A DNA stretch of 60,268 nt, filler included, from Globobulimina sp. (Eukaryota): assembly GCA_003354225.1 (NCBI GenBank). It is 12 parts of 12 records of this genome, joined end to end, with 100 filler letters (N's around TTAATTAATTAA, not from the genome) between each part and the next. Parts side by side here need not be neighbours in the genome. Positions count along the whole stretch, not along the records: positions 10,080 to 15,017 come from PIVH01000833.1; positions 15,118 to 20,054 come from PIVH01000834.1; positions 20,155 to 25,091 come from PIVH01000835.1; 9 more parts are not named here. One strand, given 5' to 3'. The position numbers were made by a program, and so were the translations under genes. The notes under the pieces are model-generated. The model did not search any database. It worked only from the letters and a program-made list of their open reading frames with translations, and had not been told where the DNA came from. The stretch's first letter is position 1, and each line of letters opens with the position of its first letter. This document shows positions 11,593 through 23,100 of this stretch, one piece after another.

Positions 11593-13166
11593 TTAATATC
11601 CATTAAATTGATTATTATTTTTTGTATTAAACCATACCAACTTACACATATTCTTTCGACAAAATGCTTTATAAACTTTTTCATTTTTCCGATGCGGTTT
11701 TGTATCCGGCACATGCATAGAAATAATATCCCTGTTCAACTGCACAGGACCATGGATTTGTATCTCCCGATATGACGATTGTTGTTTCCCTCCTTTTTTC
11801 GCATATAACGCAGCTTCAATTAACTCCTTCAATTCATTATTATGCAATTGAACCAACAAATGATTACAATGTTTCACAGTGCCACAATTCCCATTCACAG
11901 CGAAACTATCCTGTATAGTCAATGTCGTTCTCCATCTGACAGTCGCATCATTCATCACAAAATACCCATCGCCATAACCTAAGGCTTGTAAGCATCCTTC
12001 CGGTTGCAATCCAACATTCAAACATCCATACTTTGGTCGCTCAAACACAGTCGCTGCGTTATATACTGGTCCAAACATTGCTTGTTCTGCAACCACTCGC
12101 GTATCGTTTTTATTATAATTTTTCATATTTTTATAGGTCGGACTGATTTCAAACAGTGAGCGATAATGTGTATCCTTCATTAGTATAGGTATTAATGAGG
12201 CCACTTTAATCCGGATAGTCACCGGTACTGTCCATTGCATAAAGTCATACAATTTAGTTAATACATCGCTTGCTTGCGCTGCATAGAAATCATTGTCGAT
12301 TTCAGCAATTTTTTTCAATAATTGTGCGACCACCTTATCATCGGTCGACTTTTTAATACTAATAGCGTTTACATGATTTATTGCGTTTTGTTCACATGGG
12401 GTTAATTTTACATACCAGGCTTGATTATTTGTTGCATTATCAACTGCACCCAATGGATTACAATCTAATACATGATTGTCGTACATATGCGGTACCACAT
12501 AGGCTTGGCATTTTATACAGATTTTTAATTCATTTTTTTGACATTGTAGTATATGATGAACTACATCTAATTCAGGCATATTGCACATCATACAAATGGG
12601 CCGAGATGGATGGTTTACTGTGTAATAAGTTTTGAGCTGTGGTGAAAGTCTGAAACTATAGAGAAACACATACAAAATTGACACTTTCCGCAGCACCAAA
12701 ATCGTTCGATTTTTGATTGTTCTCTACGTCGTTTTTCTTTTAGCCGAAGCATTAATTCTTGCCCATCTTCTTCGTCATATTCTTTATGTTCAATGACTTG
12801 TTGATCATATATTAATTCATCATCATCATCGTCCCAGCCATCGCCATCGGGAAATTCATCTTCATTTTCGTTTTCTTCAAATTGATAATCGTTTTCTTGA
12901 TCATTCTGGTGATCTTCAATGTATTCATTATCATCAATATTAATGTCATCATGTATCATATTACAGTTATTGTTGGTATTGGTGTTATTATTATTATTTA
13001 TATTTGTTTGTGATTGCCACATTTCTTTTGATAATTTCAACGCCATTGCTAATTCTTCATCTTCTGTTTTTGTTGATGATTGGCGTTTTATTCGATTGTT
13101 TTGTTCTTGTTGGTATTCAGCTAATGATGCTCGAATTGCTGTGTCAAAGTCATTATTGTAGGACAT
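11593..13166 (-). CDS. UIM-UIM-RanBP2(NZF) zinc finger-DUF3626 domain protein, 2 exons
   Basis: UIM-like DFDTAIRASLAE and EDEELAMALKLSKE. Intron 12618..12673 reconstitutes WCCGKCQFLNHPSRPICMMC (W-x-C-x2-C-x3-N-x6-C-x2-C). DUF3626-like ERPKYGCLN, YGDGYF and YREIQIHGPVQLNRDI. Confidence 0.82.
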
Positions 13167-13302
13167 TTTTGTTGAAATTGTTAATTAATGCGTGAGGGAC
13201 GATGTTTTTTACAGCAGTTTAAGTTTTTTCGTGGTCTGTACAAATTACAATGGCTTGGTTCTCGATTTCGTTCTCTCATTAATAGCATCATTTGGTTAAA
13301 GA

Positions 13303-14861
13303 ATGTTCGTGCAAATAATTTTGACTTTATGTTGCATTACATCAGTATCATTCAGCCAATTTGGAATAATTTTTGCTGATAATTTTACTGATTTATCACA
13401 ATGGACAATACAACGACAATCAGGCTCATATATACGCGCAGATCCAGCTCCTTCATGGTGTACAACATGTGTATGTCTAAATTCTTTCAATTTCTGTATA
13501 TATTATTTCCATTTCAAAAACGTTTCCATTTACACTTGATTTAAGGATGGTGGCGTTGTACGCTTAGCAGCTGCAGGATCATCTTGGTACGATTCAATAA
13601 GGCAAACAACAATTGACACAACTGGATATTCTGGACCGTTTTATATAAATATTGATTTTTATATGTACGGCAACCAATGGGGTCATTTCTATGTCAAAGC
13701 CAGGTGTCTTACAATCCATATTTGCGGTTTCCCACATAAATGAAAAACAAAATATATTAAAGTTGTGAAGCACTGCCATCATATACAACCATGAGAGAAT
13801 ATCTTGGTGAATATACTGGCGATTCCAACACAGTGCAACAAAATTATATAAATGAAATAATATCCATTGATCCATCATGTTCTGGATCGCAATATATCGG
13901 ACTTGAATTACGTGTTTGGACATCATCTATTTATGAATATACATATGTAGATTCAATCAGATTATGTTCTGGATATAGTCTTAATTTATGTGGTACATTT
14001 CCGCCAACATTTGCACCAACACAACCAACAACATTATCGCCAACTGTTCCAACATCATCACCAACAAAAACACCATCATTTTCGCCAACAACTCCGATTA
14101 ATGGAGTTATTTTTTATGATGACTTTATTAATTTAAATAAATGGAGCATATTACGACAGCAAGGTAGTTATATTTATTTAGCAGAGACAATTCCTGTTTG
14201 GTGTATTGGTTGTAATGGCACAGTGATATTAAGGGCAGGGCCATCATCGTGGTATGATTCAATTGTGACAAATAATATTGATATATCACCATATAAACCA
14301 CCATTTGTAATTAATATTAATTTTTATTTATACGATTATAAAACTGCATATTTTTATATTAAGATAAGATGCGAAGGATATGGGTATACAACAATTGCTC
14401 AATGGAGAAATAGTACAATGCCAGCATACACACCGTTTGATTATTTAAATCAATTGATTCATATTGGTCCATTTTGTGATAATTCAACATGGATCGGGAT
14501 ACAATTAATGGCATATACTTCAACTACACAACAAAGTGTATATGTGGATGATATTAAATTATGTTCTGGATATGGTGCGGATTTATGTGGCACTACACTC
14601 AATCCAACTGTGTTAGAAACAGAACCACCAACTACGAGTATACCTACTCCGCCTTCAATATCACCAACAAACGTACCATCATTGGCACCTACAACTCCCT
14701 CCATCTCACCAACAAAAGCACCATCAATATCGCCATCACAACCATCTAACTCACCAACAACGTTGCCAACAGTGGAGAGCGTGGTACCTGCTTCTTGTAT
14801 AAAAGTGGATTGTTTTTATACTGTGTTTTTAGTGTTTATGATTGTAATAACTTTTCAATAA
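13303..14861 (+). CDS. Secreted/surface glycoprotein: signal peptide, two homologous ~150-aa domains each followed by a Pro/Thr/Ser stalk, C-terminal hydrophobic anchor; 3 exons
   Basis: Introns 13471..13545 and 13704..13762 are phase-compatible. The repeats begin GIIFADNFTDLSQW and GVIFYDDFINLNKW and end YVDSIRLCSGY and YVDDIKLCSGY. PTxxPT repeats follow each. Confidence 0.85.
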
Positions 14862-15117
14862 TTTCAATAATCGTTTTAATCTAAACCAGTCACCCAGTAT
14901 TTAAAAAAACTTAATTAATTCGGTTCAGTTTGCTGAAGAATGTCATCGTTATGTTATTTAGGCCATTTGATATTGATACATTATATGATGCACACCGAAA
15001 GTATAGAATCATTTACTNNNNNNNNNNNNNNNNNNNNNNNNNNNNNNNNNNNNNNNNNNNNTTAATTAATTAANNNNNNNNNNNNNNNNNNNNNNNNNNN
15101 NNNNNNNNNNNNNNNNN

Positions 15118-17342
15118 CTCCAACGATTTGTGTCCGCGGTCTACGAAATCGCCCAAAAAGATGTATTTATAGAAAGAAATGTCACCGATGTTGACGTCGG
15201 GGTAACCGAACGATTTGAACAGCGACATCAAGTCACCTAACTGGCCATGGATGTCGCCGAAGACCTTGACCGGGCCTTCGATTCGGATCAAAGTGGCGTC
15301 CGCCTGGATCAAGGGCAGAGCGCGATGGATGATACGGATTATCTCATGCGGCTCCAATAAAAATGAGGCATCCGGGTCCAATAACGACTCATCGAAATTC
15401 AACAAGATGCGGTCAATGAACTGCCAATGGATGTCGTCGTCGTACGCACCATCGATAGTTTCGCCGCGTATATCCTCGTCCAAGCCGGTGATCTTATGGT
15501 TGGCGGCTTCGCTCTCAAACATGGCAAAGGTGGAGCTTTCAAACATGTGCACCGGCAAAGATTTGGCGCGAACCGGCGTCTGCACTATGCTCACTCGCTT
15601 GGTTCGGTTCTTTTTCACGGTCGAAGTGGGCCGCTCGTCGACGCTGCTTTCTGTACTTTTGACGGGATGCAGGTGCTTCTGGTTCAATTGGCGGATCTCC
15701 CTCGTGGCGGCCGCCACTTTTTTGGTCTGTTGGTCTCTCCGCATTGGAGTCACGTCGCAAAAGGCGCGATTTCCGATGGTGCTGTGGCTGTTGTCTATGG
15801 ATTTCTTTTTATTCTCCTTATTGGCGGTGCTCTTTTTGTCGGTGTCTTTGAAGATGGGCGTGTTTGTAAATAAACACTTATGATTCAAGATTTTGCACGG
15901 TTGGGAAGAGAATTTGAACGAATATAACTGATTGGAACACTTTCGCGTCGAAGGGGAGTAGCCGCCGAACACGAACAACCGCTCCAAAATCTGGTTGTTG
16001 CAGCCCAAACACTTGAATTCCTTCAAACTTTTATGCGACTCTAATAAGGCAGTGGCGGGCCGACAGGTTCCCGACGGTTTGTTGTTGTCATTGGTGTCGG
16101 TGGTCTGGCGGGGATTTATCACTTTGATTTGGGTGCATCGGCCGCAATGCTCAGAGGTCACATTGCCGCCCAATAAATGCGTGGAGGCCTTTTGCGGCGC
16201 AAAGATAATTAAATCGCAATTTTTGGACAGGAAATGCGAGGAATGGTGTCCTTTGGATAAGGCGTTGGAAATGCCGGGGACCATGTCCTTATCGCCCAAT
16301 TTGAAGAATTTGCCGGCGCGCAAATCTAATTTGAAGATGTCGGCCGGCGCGGGGTTGGCCTGCGTGTCGCGTACACCTCCTAATAATAACATTTGTTGCT
16401 GCGAGTCGACAAAGGCGGAATGGAAGGCGCGCTGCATGGGATTGCGCCGCGTGGCCAACTCGACCCAGCCTTGTTTGTGGAGGTCTAAGCCCCATAAATC
16501 GTTGAAAAATAAGCTGCCGCGCTGTCCTCCGAATAATAGAAAGGAGCCTTCTTTCCAGGGACATAGCGACGAACCACGACGGCCGCACGGCCCTTTGGGT
16601 AAATGTATACTTTCGATTTTTAATAAATTGTTGTTGATGGACTGCGAGGCGGGAAAGGAGCTGATGTTTTTCACTACGATCAAATCGTCCAAATAGGTGT
16701 CTTTGCATTTACCGCCAAAGATTAAACATCGATCGCCATTTTGGCCAAAAGAGACGGCGGCGTGGTCGGCACGAGCGACCTGTACAGGTTTGTATGTGTT
16801 ATATGTGTTTGTTTGCAATCGGAAATAGAGAATAAACAACAAAACTGGATTGAAGTTAGATTTTATATATGGTTTGTATTCGTTTACTATGTCTTTGCCT
16901 AAAATTTTGACCCATTTTAAGGTGCTTAAATCCAATAAATACATATCGTCCAAATATTGTCGCGATGCTAATAAGGAGGATTCACCAAAGGTTACTAGTA
17001 ATTTGCCGTGGATGTTATTGGTTTGTTGCTTTTCTGTGTTAGCAGTGTTATTTGTGTTGCCTAGCGAGTTAAAGTCGATGCCATGAACTGTCAATGTATG
17101 ACCACATCGAGCCGATGGTCCTTCGTACTCATTGACCGTTGGAATCCATTCCCATTCGCCAGTGAATTGTGCTTTAGAATTTAAAATCAAATTAAAGGAT
17201 ATCTGAAAATAAAAATAATTCAAATCGTGTTGTAACTTGAATATCGTTGTTTCAGTGTTTGATGTTTCATTGTCGAGGTACCATGTAATTGAACTGAGGA
17301 AGTGGAGACTAACAATGTTTTTTTAAAAACTATGTCAGGCAT
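15118..17342 (-). CDS. PPKL: Kelch-repeat Ser/Thr phosphatase (PPKL/BSU1-like PPP family), 3'-truncated
   Basis: Kelch motifs (PSARCGH, LIFGG, LLFGG, RAFHSA, LFVFGG), then [16 protein letters not shown]...GDI...[16 protein letters not shown]. Probable in-frame intron 16780..16887 and a putative upstream exon from ATG 17342. Confidence 0.9.
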
Positions 17343-17727
17343 CCTTGTTTTTGGAAGAGATGCAAGAGAATAAAAGAGATTAACGATAATATTCAAAATA
17401 AATAGAATTAAAACAAAACAAAAACAAAAGAACGTAGAAAAAAACTAAAAGAGAATAAACAACAAGTTTCACAAAATATTTTATAAAAAAATTATATAGT
17501 CCTACAATCTGCAATAGCAACAATTTTAAATTTGTTACCAGACTGTAAATGGAACAAAATACGAAATAAAAAATGTTTACAAAACAAATTCATTAATGGT
17601 TTTCAGATATAATTCAAAGGATATTATTAATTTGAATACCCATTAATTGTATTGTCATAAACCCTTAATTCTGCGGAGAGATAAGTATTTGATATAAAAC
17701 AGTTACAATTTAGTTAATAAACTGTAT

Positions 17728-20054
17728 TTATACATCATTATTCCCATCAAAATTATTTTTCTTTGGTTTATGTTTAAATGAACCAAAATATGCATCGTTT
17801 TGAAACGTTTGTCTTTTTTCTGTGGGCAATTCACTTTGTTGTATCTCTTTTTCTTTATAATATTTACTATCAACTGTTAACATTTGAGAAAGAGAAACAT
17901 TATCAATAATCTGTCTATTTATAATTTCGTCATTCTGCAATAATATAAATTTGTCTTGTACCGTATGTGGATGATGCGGAGAACAACAGCAACGATGAAC
18001 AGACGAACAATTCCATCCCAAATTATTCATATTATGCATACCTACTTTATTCAATAATAACTGCTGAGATAACATCACTGATTCTTTATATTGCAATTCT
18101 GATAAACTTTTAATGGCCACGTCCCTATCACTCTCACTTCCAAGTTTAAGAAAAGCAACACCCAAATCCTTATAATACTCATTCTGTCGATATACTGCGT
18201 CTTTAACGAACTTATCATTATGTTTACCATCAATATCATATAATTCGTATTCTCTTTCTAAATACTCACATAATTGCTGCATTTTCTGCATTGATAGATT
18301 TGAGATCTTTAATGATTTGTTGTCATATAAATTATGCATTGCTTCCTTCCTCAAAACACCAAACTGATTCATTTTGTTTCTGTATTGATCATATTTGCCG
18401 GTATCGTTAATATGATTTTGTAATTCTTTCCAATCTTCATTTAGATGCAACGTATTACAAAATGGATGCGAATGCGAATGACTTACACACTGCAAATCGT
18501 TTGAACAGTGTTTAACAACATTCGTTTTTGCGATATTAAAGGATTTGAGCACAGCGTGTGAAAATGGGATGGATCGATCTAATATTAATCGACGAAGAGC
18601 TTGGTAGAAATGTCTGGTAAATGTAGTTGCTGTGTTGGCCCATATTTTAACAAACGGATGAATACATATCACGTTTTCAACATATTTGCTAAATATTTTA
18701 CCTAAAATGTAAGAATGACAGCCATTTAATATTAACAATTTTATTTGACATTCTTTTTTTGACTTCAAATGTTTCTTAATAAGCTTTGAAATCGGGTCTG
18801 TTTTTTGTTGTTTAATATCAACGGAATATAGTTTTTCTTGCATTTTGCCCATAAATCCAACTTGTTTCTGCGTATCGCAATCGCCGTTGCATATGGTTCT
18901 AAATTGTATATCATAATGGTGATGAACATCAATTTTTGCTTTAATTTTATTAATTTCCTTCGTGGCTTCACGCAGTGAATATTTATTTGCAAAGCGGATT
19001 ATATGAACATTCTTTGCTGCGCCAGAGCTAAAATCTAAAATTATCGGTATGACTGTGGATTGTTTGAGTGTTGTCACTAATTCGTTTTTGAACTTTGATA
19101 CTTTTTGAATTAATTTTTTAAGTTTTTCTCCCGGCCCATAATCGGATCGATTAATATTTATGGGAACGATTTTAAGCTCACGCGTTAATTCCTGAATATC
19201 ACCAAACTTTATTTGCGTTCTTCTTTCTTCATTGATACAATGCAATGCTTTTGATAATAATTTTGCTAATATTTTCCAATTAAATTTATAAATATTATTA
19301 TTATACTCACCATTAATGTGCTTATACTCAGCATCAATCTCAGCATAAATGTGTTGAACGTGCCGGTCACTTTGATATAATTCGGCGAATTGATATTGAT
19401 TAATTGGGGAATGCGGTGGTACAAATCGTTTGTTTTCATATTTCCCCCAAAATATTTCAATGCATCCAATTATTGGATTTGCTCGATAATAACAACCAAA
19501 ACGATCCAATATACATTGTAAAATTGCTTGATATATTTTGTTGATTTTAGTATCGTGCAATAAGGCAATGCATAATTTATTGGGATTTGTACTGTTTTTA
19601 TGTTTAATTCCATATTGAACAAAATGGTTAATTTCCATCTCAAAAAATATGGCAATGGCAGCAAAATATGCAGAATATTTAGGATGTTCATCGAGTAAAT
19701 ATCTCAACGTTTGTTTCTCTTCTAAAGCGATTTGGAATTCATTTCGGTTATTTATTTTTTGATCTTGGTGGGTGCCATGAGTTGAAATATGAACAATTGG
19801 TGGTGATTCAAGTAATATTTTTTCAAAATTTGCTATTGTCAGCACAGAACGGGAAAATTTAAAACCTGATTTTTTTATATCTTCTTCTTCTGTATCTAAG
19901 CCAAAATTTGAATCATAATTGATTCCCAAAAATCCAATCTCTAATTCGTTTGCTGATTTGTTGATTGGCCTTTTCTTATTACTGACAGATTTGGTGTTTG
20001 ATAGTCCGGTCGTAGTCGTGGTATTGTTCGGTATATTTGTACCTAAATCGTGAA
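17728..20054 (-). CDS. CHAT/caspase-fold protease-like protein (5'-truncated)
   Basis: PPIVHISTHG...IALEE and LLILNGCHS...VENVICI...FTRHFYQAL...SFNIAK match CHAT His and Cys dyad motifs. The frame is open to the contig edge. Confidence 0.7.
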
Positions 20055-20156
20055 NNNNNNNNNNNNNNNNNNNNNNNNNNNNNNNNNNNNNNNNNNNNTT
20101 AATTAATTAANNNNNNNNNNNNNNNNNNNNNNNNNNNNNNNNNNNNNNNNNNNNTT

Positions 20157-23100
20157 TTCCACAGTGATCCGCAACTTTGTGGTGAACAAAAACTACGACC
20201 GTATGAATTACCAATAGCTGGTAATAAATACAAAGGACTGTCTATATTTGAACAGAACCATTGCATACTAAATAGACAACATAGAATGCATAAAATATAC
20301 AGCAAAATATCGATATCCGATGTAATGCTAAAAATACCACAAACAGAGTTACAACAAAAAAGAATAAGTAAGACAAAAGATAAGAATATATCCGACATAT
20401 CCTGGCACTGTAAAATCAATAAAACAATGCACAAACAGAACAATGCCAATGAATTGGAGCCGGAAATATGTAAATCACACAAATTGGAAATAGAACAGAA
20501 AACAGTGACAACAGAACAACACAAATTATGCATATTTAAAATTAATATATTGAAATCTTGCAACATCTGCCCACTTGCTCTAAAACAAAAGTACATAGAC
20601 AGTAAATTGAACAGACACAAAAATACACAAAATAAAAAAAACAACAACAAAAAACCTCGCAGTCAGCAAAGAAAATCAAAAAAGCATCCTCAACACAAAA
20701 AAAGCAAAAACAAAACAACACCAAGCCATAACAAAATGTCAACAAAAAAAAAGAAACAAACAAAGCTACAAATTGGAAATAGTGGGAAGAAACAGAAAAA
20801 CAAAAACAAAAAAAACACAAAAAACACCAAAAACAACAAAGGAAAACAAAAGAGACCAATACAACAAACATTAAAAGAACATGAAATCAATGATCCAACT
20901 CCTCCAACAAAACGACGTAAAACAGATGATAAAAGAGCGAATTTACGAGCAAATCTATTACGTGACAGAGAAATTGCAAGAAATGCAGTGGCACCAATAT
21001 CATACAAAGATAAATTATTACACAACAAAGACAGTCAGCAAAATAAGAATGAGACACCAATACCTGTTACGCCTCAACAACAACCACCAAAACCAAAAGC
21101 GCCACCTCCAATTTATGAAGAATCATCATCTGATCCAGACGATGATGTACCAGTAAATCAATTATTAACGCAAAGCAAAAACAAAAAGAAAAACTCCGAA
21201 AAAATACCAAAAAAACAGAAACCAAAATTAAATTTAACAAACATAAATAGCGCACAAAAACCAAATGATCCGCGCACACCAATAACACCGCGTGCAAATC
21301 CATTAAATGAGCAAGATTTCAACAACTTGAAATACCAAAACCGAAAACTCACCGAACATAACAACTATTTAGATCAAAAATTAAAGACACAAAACCGACA
21401 TATCATTACGCATCAACAAGAAGCAAAAAAACAATATGACAAATACAAAAAAGAAGAAAAGCAAGTATCATATTTACGCGCCTCCAACAATGCATTACAA
21501 CGGAAAAATGAGGAATTTGAAGAAAATTATGAAGACGCCACAAAACTACGCAAGCAATTAAATGAATCAATGGAGACGGCGGCATCCTACAAAACAAAAA
21601 TTGCGCAACAAAAACAGGCATTGAAAAAGCAAAAAGTCATTCATGAGATTGAGGTAAATGATAGGAAACAATGGGTTGATGCATACCATCATATCAAAGA
21701 AAAAGAAAAAGCGGATGAAGATAAAAAAAAAGCCAATGAAGCAAAATCAAAAGAATTGAAGGAAAAAGAGCAACAATTAAGAGCAATGAACACAAATTTG
21801 ATGCAACGCGAAGAAGAGCTCAAAAATCGGAAAAAAACAGAAATTTCTGCAATGGATATGGATAACAAACAAATCGATGAATTAGAAATCGCGAATTCGC
21901 AACTTAATGATGAAATTATTCGACAGCGGACAGAATACATACAAAAAATGCAAGAAAATGAAGCGAAATTTAATAATGACATCCAAGAATTAGTCAGAAA
22001 ACACAACGAAGAAATAAAACAATTACAAAATGAACAAAGATCACCATCGATCATATCCAACCAAACCGAAGCATTTTTAACAATGCATAGTATCAATGAA
22101 AATGATGAAAATGATGAAAATGATGAAAATGAAGAGGATGATGACAATGATGATGATATGAATGAGACAGAATCATCATTCATCGATAGCACAGACAACA
22201 CATCAAATTCCTCAGAAAACAACACAATTATTACACCAACTCCGCAACAAATGTATCAAACACCACTCAGTGTACTTGGCATGCAATTCCTACCACGTTT
22301 GGGAATACATATTCCTGCAACATTAAAAATTGAAATTGCAAAATGTCCGGTCAATTACCAGACAATTGGCATAAATAAAGAAAGAAAATTAAAGGAAATT
22401 GACCTAAGCCACGCGACAGAAACCAAAAAGATATTAAAAAATGCATGGAAATTAGAAAATAAAGCAGTATACAACTGGTCAACGCATGCATTACCATTTA
22501 ACATCAAACCATGGACCTCATCCTTTGACGGAGTATATTCACTATCACCAGACAAGAAAACGAATGATTTTAAAATTTATTTAAAAAAAAAAGACAAAGC
22601 AACCGGTGAGAATATGAGTCTTTCCGCCAATGCGCAAGAAATAACCACTGAATGGTTGGATATCAGCAAAGCAATAACGGGAATTGAAGCAAATGTCATA
22701 TATGCCATACAATTGGAAGCAGATAAATGTGATGATCCAATATCATATGAAATAAAATTGGACGACATAGCCGATCAAAATGACGTAATGGCGATTGTAT
22801 TGAACACAAAAACATCCATCAGATACAAAATTAATCAACATCGACTCCAAACTGGTGGCCGAGGATATGATAAATCCGCAATAATCCTACCTACAAACAC
22901 ACAATCAATACAAATTGTATCCACAGCCAGCAAATTGAATGGAAAACCAAAAATTGATGCATCAGAACCAGAATTTGTTGTAGAATTATTCATTATTTGT
23001 AGCAAAAAAAGCGAAATTATGCCAACATATGAAGGAAAATATGATATTGCCAAATTAAACGAAAAAATCCGCAATGAACTCGTCACAGAAAAAGCAACTG

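Noticed and set aside
15215-16708. Long overlapping ORFs opposite or within PPKL (and similar shadows over PMCA, the channel and 773..1270)
   Set aside because: Antisense or alternate-frame shadows of real genes, with no motifs or splice support.
20155-20650. Second antisense gene at the left end of contig 5
   Set aside because: Several acceptor-like TTTAG/TACAG sites exist on the minus strand, but I could not build a coherent exon chain.
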